Origin: Candidatus Marinacidobacterales bacterium
GTDB taxonomy: Bacteria; Acidobacteriota; Vicinamibacteria; Marinacidobacterales; SMYC01
Direction: 5' to 3'
Length of the DNA stretch: 64,000 nucleotides
NCBI GenBank assembly: GCA_965237955.1
Contig: OZ250169.1
Span: 2,080,001 to 2,144,000 of the forward strand
This document shows, one piece after another, positions 58,846-64,000 of the stretch. The notes beneath the pieces are model-generated. The model ran no database searches, was not told the DNA's origin, and worked only from the letters and a program-made list of their open reading frames with translations. A program made the position numbers and the translations under genes. Position 1 is the stretch's first letter. Each line of letters starts with the position of its first letter.

Positions 58846-59412
58846 GTGCCGTTCTCCTACTACCAGTGCCTCAACAAAACCCAGAAGAGAATCTACGACG
58901 AAAGTGACCGGATTGGGTCGGTTGAGCTCTACCGTCCGGTTGCGCATCGAGAGCGGGTTCTGGCGCTGGCCTCAGCGCTCGCGAGCGGGGAGCGAACCGC
59001 GACCGAGCGCGCCGCTCGAGCACTCGCTGATAGCCTCACCGAAGCGCTGGGCGTGCCCGGGCTTCGCATCCGGGTTCAAGAGCGCAGGCCTTCATGGCAA
59101 ACAGGCGAGCTCCACGGGCTCTACGAAGTCGACGAGAACGGGCGCTACAAAATCTCGCTGTGGATGCGGACGGCCAGGCGGGTGCAGGTCGTGAAATTCA
59201 AGACCTTCCTGCGCACGCTGCTCCACGAGCTCTGCCACCATTTGGATTATCAACGGTTTCGGCTCAAAGATTCTTTTCATACCGAAGGGTTCTATCGACG
59301 GGAATCGAGCCTCCTGCGCCAGCTGTACCCGGCGGAGCTCGACGCAGCCGAGGGCGCGAAGAAACGAGCCGGCGGGTCATCTCGCTTGCGCCGGCCCACC
59401 GCAGATGTGTAG
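58846..59412 (+). CDS. SprT-like HExxH zinc metalloprotein
   Basis: ELHGLY, TLLHELCHHLD, HTEGFY. Confidence 0.75.
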   Translation: MPFSYYQCLNKTQKRIYDESDRIGSVELYRPVAHRERVLALASALASGERTATERAARALADSLTEALGVPGLRIRVQERRPSWQTGELHGLYEVDENGRYKISLWMRTARRVQVVKFKTFLRTLLHELCHHLDYQRFRLKDSFHTEGFYRRESSLLRQLYPAELDAAEGAKKRAGGSSRLRRPTADV

Positions 59413-59483
59413 ACTTGCTGGTTTGAGCGCCGCGCTGCGGTCGTTGGAGAACGTTGCCGGGGACCTTGTGAAATTTCTTCAAG

Positions 59484-59579
59484 GTCCGCCTCCGCGCGAG
59501 GCTACGGCGGACAATCACGGTGGGCGGCCCGCCTTCGCGAATGCTAGGTTGGGGCTCGCCGGAGCTTCAGCAAAGGCGG
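59484..59579. repeat. Family C GCTACGG-type hairpin cluster
   Basis: GTCCGCCTCCGCGCGAGGCTACGGCGGAC ... CGCCGGAGCTTCAGCAAAGGCG. Confidence 0.6.
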
Positions 59580-59615
59580 CTCCCAGTGACTCATTTCAAA
59601 ATCGGAGGAAACTGA

Positions 59616-60389
59616 ATGAAGAAGTTAATGCTGTTTGCGTCGATCGCGATGGTCGCGCTCCTTTTCGCGTGTGGCGGTGGCGGTGAAGAAACGTCCTCGG
59701 CTCCTGCGGCAACAGCCGCTCCGGCGTTCGACCCCGCTACCGCGGGTGTTCTGACAGGCACCATCACTCTCGATGGCGAGGCACCGGAGATGAAGGTCAT
59801 CCAGATGGCTGCCGACCCGAATTGCGCTCGCCTGCACACCTCGGAGGTGATGAACGAGTTCGTCATCACAGGTGACGGCGGAACGCTCGCCAACGTTTTC
59901 GTCTACATCAAGAGCGGTCTCGAGGGTGACTTCCCTCCGCCGAGTGAGCCCGTGGTGCTCGACCAGAACGGTTGCAACTACGTTCCCCACGTCATGGGCA
60001 TTCAGGTTGGCCAGACGTTGACCGTACGCAACAGCGACGAGACCCTTCACAACATCCACGCGATGCCGAAGAACAATAAAGAGTTCAACATCGGTCAGCC
60101 CATCAAGGGACTCGAGACGGAGAAGGTCTTCGACAACGTCGAGGTCATGGTTCCGTTCAAATGCGACGTCCACAAGTGGATGAACAGCTACGCCGGCGTC
60201 CTCGATCACCCGTACTTCGCGGTGACCGGCGTGGATGGCTCGTTCTCGATTCCCGACGTGCCCCCGAGCGACTATGTCGTCGAGGTGTGGCACGAGCGGT
60301 TTGGAACGCAGGAGATGAACGTGACCGTCGGCGAGAAAGAGACCGCCGACGCTAGCTTCACCTTTACTGCTAGTCCCCTGGATCTTTGA
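59616..60389 (+). CDS. Lipoprotein with cupredoxin-like and carboxypeptidase-regulatory-like domains
   Basis: Lipobox LFAC, HNIH, KCDVHKWM (C-x2-H-x2-M), HPYFAVT. Confidence 0.82.
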   Translation: MKKLMLFASIAMVALLFACGGGGEETSSAPAATAAPAFDPATAGVLTGTITLDGEAPEMKVIQMAADPNCARLHTSEVMNEFVITGDGGTLANVFVYIKSGLEGDFPPPSEPVVLDQNGCNYVPHVMGIQVGQTLTVRNSDETLHNIHAMPKNNKEFNIGQPIKGLETEKVFDNVEVMVPFKCDVHKWMNSYAGVLDHPYFAVTGVDGSFSIPDVPPSDYVVEVWHERFGTQEMNVTVGEKETADASFTFTASPLDL

Positions 60390-60493
60390 TTACTATACAA
60401 AGTTAGGCTTTTCGCCAGCCCATAAGATTCATGCACTTAGAAGTGTTTCGGCAAGCTCTGCTTTATCTAGTTTGTTCTGATACAGGGGACTAG
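60370..60493. mobile_element. Putative MITE (116 bp) with CTAG target duplication
   Basis: CTAG-TCCCCTGGATC ... GATACAGGGGA-CTAG; AT-rich interior. Confidence 0.6.
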
Positions 60494-60512
60494 CGAGTAG
60501 TTTGCATTAACC

Positions 60513-60550
60513 AAAAAAGCCCTTTTCCCTCACGGGGAAAGGGCTTTTTT
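60513..60550. terminator. Bidirectional intrinsic terminator
   Basis: AAAAAAGCCCTTTTCCC-tcac-GGGGAAAGGGCTTTTTT between convergent genes. Confidence 0.85.
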
Positions 60551-60584
60551 GGGGTCGCAGCCGGCAGCCGGCAGCCGGCAGCCT

Positions 60585-61463
60585 TCAGTGGGAATCGCAC
60601 TGAGGATCGTTCATCGTTGCCGCAAACAGCACCAGCAGTATCCAAATGACGTCAGCGACCGCCAGGTGGACTAGCTGCATCCATACCGGTGCCTCCAGGT
60701 AGACGTTGAGGGCGCCCAAGGCGAGTTGCACGAGATAGGCGATCGTGAGTGGCCGGCCGTACGTTCTGTTCTTCAACCCCACGAAGCCGACGAGAACAAG
60801 AACCGCGATAGCGACCGTCGGGTGGTAGAACCGCGACGCGACCAGGCGCGCGACGACGGGTGAATCCTCCGGTTGAACACCCTCGGTTAGCACGAGCGTG
60901 TCCCCGAGTGCGGTCACCGCGCCGCTCGTGCCCACCACCATGACCCCGAGCAAAGCAGCCATCACGGGCGCGACCATGCTCGGACGGCCGCGGAGCCTAA
61001 GGGGAGCGCCTCCGTTTGCGAACCACGCGGTCAGCGTCATCACCGCCAGGAGCAAGAACGTGTTGACGAGATGGAACGCCATGACGTACACGCGCTCTTC
61101 CGAGTCGTTCGCGGCAACCCACTCGAACGTGACCAGACCTGCGCCGAGAAGCGATTCGGTGACGACGAAGAAAAGTGTCCACATCGCCCCTTTGCGAACC
61201 CGGTGGCCACGCGGGTAGGCGCGAAACGCCACGACAACGAGCGCGAGCACAAGGATGCCGAGAAGCCCGCTCGAGAGACGATGACCGAACTCGATGAGGG
61301 TCTCGACCCCCGGCGAGCGTGGGATGACCTCGCCGTTACAGAGGGGCCAATGACTGCCACACCCAGCGCCCGAGCCCGTCGCGCGCACGAACGCGCCCCA
61401 TAGGATGACGACGACCGTGTAGCCCGTAAGCCAGAACGTGAAGGACCCTAGCGAGCGCTTCAC
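60585..61463 (-). CDS. ctaA: Heme A synthase (COX15/CtaA)
   Basis: GSGAGCGSHWPLCNG, EFGHR, conserved His residues in TM helices. Confidence 0.9.
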   Translation of the reverse strand: MKRSLGSFTFWLTGYTVVVILWGAFVRATGSGAGCGSHWPLCNGEVIPRSPGVETLIEFGHRLSSGLLGILVLALVVVAFRAYPRGHRVRKGAMWTLFFVVTESLLGAGLVTFEWVAANDSEERVYVMAFHLVNTFLLLAVMTLTAWFANGGAPLRLRGRPSMVAPVMAALLGVMVVGTSGAVTALGDTLVLTEGVQPEDSPVVARLVASRFYHPTVAIAVLVLVGFVGLKNRTYGRPLTIAYLVQLALGALNVYLEAPVWMQLVHLAVADVIWILLVLFAATMNDPQCDSH

Positions 61464-61506
61464 GAACGCCGAGCCGGGCCTCTAGTGCCTCTGATTCCCA
61501 AAAACA

Positions 61507-61607
61507 AACGCAAAGGCGCGAAGACGCGAAGGCGCAAAGAAAGCAAGTCGCGTGAAGCGAAGTGAACCCGAACCCTTCGCGTCTTTGCGCCCTTGCGACT
61601 TTGCGTT
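61507..61607. repeat. Family A octamer palindromic element inside the cox operon
   Basis: AACGCAAAGGCGCGAAGACGCGAAGGCGCAAAG...CTTCGCGTCTTTGCGCCCTTGCGACTTTGCGTT. Confidence 0.82.
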
Positions 61608-61624
61608 ATTCTTTTCCTGCGTCA

Positions 61625-61864
61625 TCACCCTGATTCGAGCACCCGGTTGCGTCTCCGCTTCGAGTACCAAGACGCGCCAATGGCGGTGAACACCAGATAC
61701 GGCATTCCGAGCAGGAACAAAATCCCTCGGTTGAACCCCGCCGCCATCGCGCCGCCGTTCTGCTCGAGGGCGGTTACGCACATGGCACACTGAGCGCTCG
61801 CCGCGTTGGCCATGCAAAGCGAAGCGGCCAGTATGGCAATAGCGGTGATGATACGCGTACTCAT
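61625..61864 (-). CDS. Small CxxC membrane protein of the oxidase operon
   Basis: Signal peptide, AQCAMC, FNRGILFLLGMPY. Confidence 0.75.
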   Translation of the reverse strand: MSTRIITAIAILAASLCMANAASAQCAMCVTALEQNGGAMAAGFNRGILFLLGMPYLVFTAIGASWYSKRRRNRVLESG

Positions 61865-62175
61865 TTGTTCAGGCTCTTCAGTAGGACTTGGCCGCCGTCG
61901 TAGGCGGGAACGACGAACATCAAGATGCTCGTCACGAAAATCCCGACGAGCACGATCATGATCAAACCCATCTTCTCGAACTTGAGATGCATGAAGAAGA
62001 AGATGATGAGCGTGGCCTTGATCGACGAGCCCAAGAGCAGAAGGCCAGCTTTGGGCGCTTGTGCCAAGCCCGACTCACTGATGAAAATCATCGACAGGGT
62101 CAAGACCCCGAGCACGCCGAGGATCTTCGCGTACTGCAGATAGACTTTCTTGCCCGATTCTGCGTGTTCCGCCAT
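61861..62175 (-). CDS. Cytochrome c oxidase subunit IV family
   Basis: KATLIIFFFMHLKFE; 3 TM helices. Confidence 0.88.
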   Translation of the reverse strand: MAEHAESGKKVYLQYAKILGVLGVLTLSMIFISESGLAQAPKAGLLLLGSSIKATLIIFFFMHLKFEKMGLIMIVLVGIFVTSILMFVVPAYDGGQVLLKSLNK

Positions 62176-62206
62176 AGTCGTAATCCCTTTGCCCGCTTAT
62201 ACTTGC

Positions 62207-62818
62207 CTATACTAAATAGAAAAGAGCAAAAACGAAGACCCACACGAGGTCGACGAAGTGCCAATACAGTCCGGCGTTCTCGACGCCCATCGCCGAGGAC
62301 TTACCCAAGGCCGTGCGGATGGCCACGACCAGGAGAATAATCACGCCGGTGGTCACGTGCATCCCGTGGAAACCGGTGATGACGAAAAAGCAAGTGCTGA
62401 ACTGCTGCACGCCCCAGGGGTTTTCCGTGAGTCGCGCCCCTTCGTGGATGAAGTGGCTCCACTCGTAGACCTGCATCCCCAGGAAAGATAGTCCGCCGAC
62501 AATCGTCATCCACAGAAAGATCGTGAGGTGCTTCTTGTTGGCCGCCGAGGCTGCCGACACCGCACACGCCATCGACCAACTGCTCGCAATGAGCGTGAAC
62601 GTCATCAGGGTGATGTAGTTCATGTCGAAGGCCGCGCTTTGCTCCGGCCAACTCGCGCTCGCGACACGAACGAACCCATAGGACACGAGCAAGCCGGCGA
62701 AGAGTAGGGCATCGGTGATGATGAAAATCCACATCATCAGCTTCTGCCAGCCGACGTTGAAGGGACTCGTGCCCCCACCCCAAGATGCGTCGAGGGCCGC
62801 GGCCCCGGTATCGGTCAT
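62207..62818 (-). CDS. Cytochrome c oxidase subunit III
   Basis: KLMMWIF, TGFHGMHV, GLYWHFVDLVW. Confidence 0.93.
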   Translation of the reverse strand: MTDTGAAALDASWGGGTSPFNVGWQKLMMWIFIITDALLFAGLLVSYGFVRVASASWPEQSAAFDMNYITLMTFTLIASSWSMACAVSAASAANKKHLTIFLWMTIVGGLSFLGMQVYEWSHFIHEGARLTENPWGVQQFSTCFFVITGFHGMHVTTGVIILLVVAIRTALGKSSAMGVENAGLYWHFVDLVWVFVFALFYLV

Positions 62819-62867
62819 CGTTACTCCTCTCCGCTTTGCTCAGACGTGGCCCAAAAAGTGGCGCCGA

Positions 62868-63521
62868 TCAGACATAGAACAAAACCACCAATAGATAGAG
62901 CCAGACAGCACTCACGAAGTGCCAATACGTCGCGCAAATGATGGGAGAGCTCGACTCCCCCGGCGTCAAGCGGTACCGTAGCGCCAGCGCGAGAACATAG
63001 AGAAGCGCAAGAACCCCCGCGAGCAAGTGCACCGCATGCACGCCTGTCAGCACATAGAAGAACGAGCTATGCGGGTGGCTCTGGAGATAGATACCCTGCT
63101 CGGCGAGCTGACCCCACGCCGCCACCTGACCGGTGAGAAACAGGACACCCAGGACAGCGGTCGCAAGCAGCCACTTCCTGAAAGCTACGGGTCGCCACGC
63201 AAGGAACGCCCGACGCGCTATCTCCATCACGACGCTCGATAGCAAGATGACCGCAGTATTGAGCCAGAGGAGCGGCGGCACCGCGAGTGGAATCCAATCG
63301 CTACCCGCGCTGCGAACAATGTACGCGCTGGTAAACGCCGCGAACAGCATGGTGATGGATCCGAGCGCAATCCAGATACCCAGCTTGGCGGTCTCGATAC
63401 GTTTGGCGGCCTCGCCGCCGGAGCCGTAATCGCCGAAGCCCTTGTCGATGAAATCGGATCCTCTCCCGCCGTCATCAGACGTCTTGGGGGTTTTGGGAAC
63501 ACTCAGCGTGCCGGCCATCAT
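62868..63521 (-). CDS. Cytochrome c oxidase subunit III paralog
   Basis: MLFAAFTSAY, TGVHAVH, YWHFV. Confidence 0.9.
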   Translation of the reverse strand: MMAGTLSVPKTPKTSDDGGRGSDFIDKGFGDYGSGGEAAKRIETAKLGIWIALGSITMLFAAFTSAYIVRSAGSDWIPLAVPPLLWLNTAVILLSSVVMEIARRAFLAWRPVAFRKWLLATAVLGVLFLTGQVAAWGQLAEQGIYLQSHPHSSFFYVLTGVHAVHLLAGVLALLYVLALALRYRLTPGESSSPIICATYWHFVSAVWLYLLVVLFYV

Positions 63522-64000
63522 TAGGCCGCCTTTCCATCGAGGGCGAGAAGCGCCAGGACGAGCGGCAAGTAGAAGAGCGATGCGGCCATAAGCTGCACGG
63601 CTCTAGGCTTGAGCGTGCCATCGTCGAAACGCGCGGCCGCCACGAGCACGAACCCCCCGAGGATCAGCGCACCGAAGAGGTAGAGAGTCCCCGCGAGTCC
63701 GAGCACCGCGGGCATGAGGCTCGCGGCCACGAGCGCGACGGTTGCTACGATCGTTCTCAGGCGCGCCCCCTCGACCGGCATCGCACGATAACCTATTCGT
63801 GCGTAGTCGTCCCGGTAGGTCGATGCGATCGCCCAGGTGTGAGGAAATTGCCAGAAGAAGAGAATGCCGAACATGCACCACGCGAGCGGGCTCAGAGAGC
63901 CGGAAGCCGCGCTGACGCCCATGAGCGGCGGTATCGCGCCCGCGACAGCCCCCGGCACCGTCGAGAACGCCGTCTGTGATTTCATCGGCGTATAGACCAA
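63521..64000 (-). CDS. ctaB: Protoheme IX farnesyltransferase, 3' part (5' end beyond window)
   Basis: YTPMK, GAVAGAIPPLMG, WQFPH, YRDDY. Confidence 0.92.
   Translation of the reverse strand: MVYTPMKSQTAFSTVPGAVAGAIPPLMGVSAASGSLSPLAWCMFGILFFWQFPHTWAIASTYRDDYARIGYRAMPVEGARLRTIVATVALVAASLMPAVLGLAGTLYLFGALILGGFVLVAAARFDDGTLKPRAVQLMAASLFYLPLVLALLALDGKAA

Noticed and set aside
45970-61607. Octamer/heptamer repeats as CRISPR arrays
   Set aside because: No constant repeat-spacer periodicity and no cas genes; they are short tandem units in inverted arms
1-64000. Very frequent TCGA-containing words (CTCGAG, GTCGAC) as a HIP1-like signal
   Set aside because: Plausibly explained by NTC-GAN codon pairs; cannot be quantified without computation

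Overview
High-GC bacterial chromosomal DNA, most likely Acidobacteriota (Vicinamibacteria-like). The taxonomy is inferred from ADOP-type permease relics, an acidobacterial-type VWA protein and a Hanks kinase fragment. Most of the window is housekeeping and envelope genes: a xanthine-dehydrogenase-family Mo enzyme (L-S-M), tRNA-Met, prfC, ppgK, an M16 peptidase, a tandem cyclophilin, YpdA, an rpoZ-like gene and the 3' end of a cytochrome c oxidase/heme A operon. It also holds a Cpx-like two-component/Spy module and an ECF sigma/anti-sigma/DUF4331/TPR module. Overlaid on this are one IS5-family (IS903-like) element with 18-bp IRs, a 116-bp CTAG-flanked MITE, four families of dispersed palindromic intergenic repeats and about a dozen eroded gene relics. 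The strongest novelty candidates are: (1) a near-consensus sigma54 promoter divergent from tRNA-Met that points into a ~145-nt multi-stem, cUUCGg-capped structure with no credible ORF (candidate ncRNA); (2) a sigma54/IHF-driven 1474-aa mosaic surface protein with phage-tail-fibre-like modules; (3) a duplicated TCATCC-N16-CGTACC promoter that defines the ECF/DUF4331 regulon; (4) ABC-permease genes collapsed by internal deletion; (5) a stand-alone omega-subunit gene. No CRISPR array, rRNA or prophage was seen. All family calls are from motif recognition by eye, not database searches.
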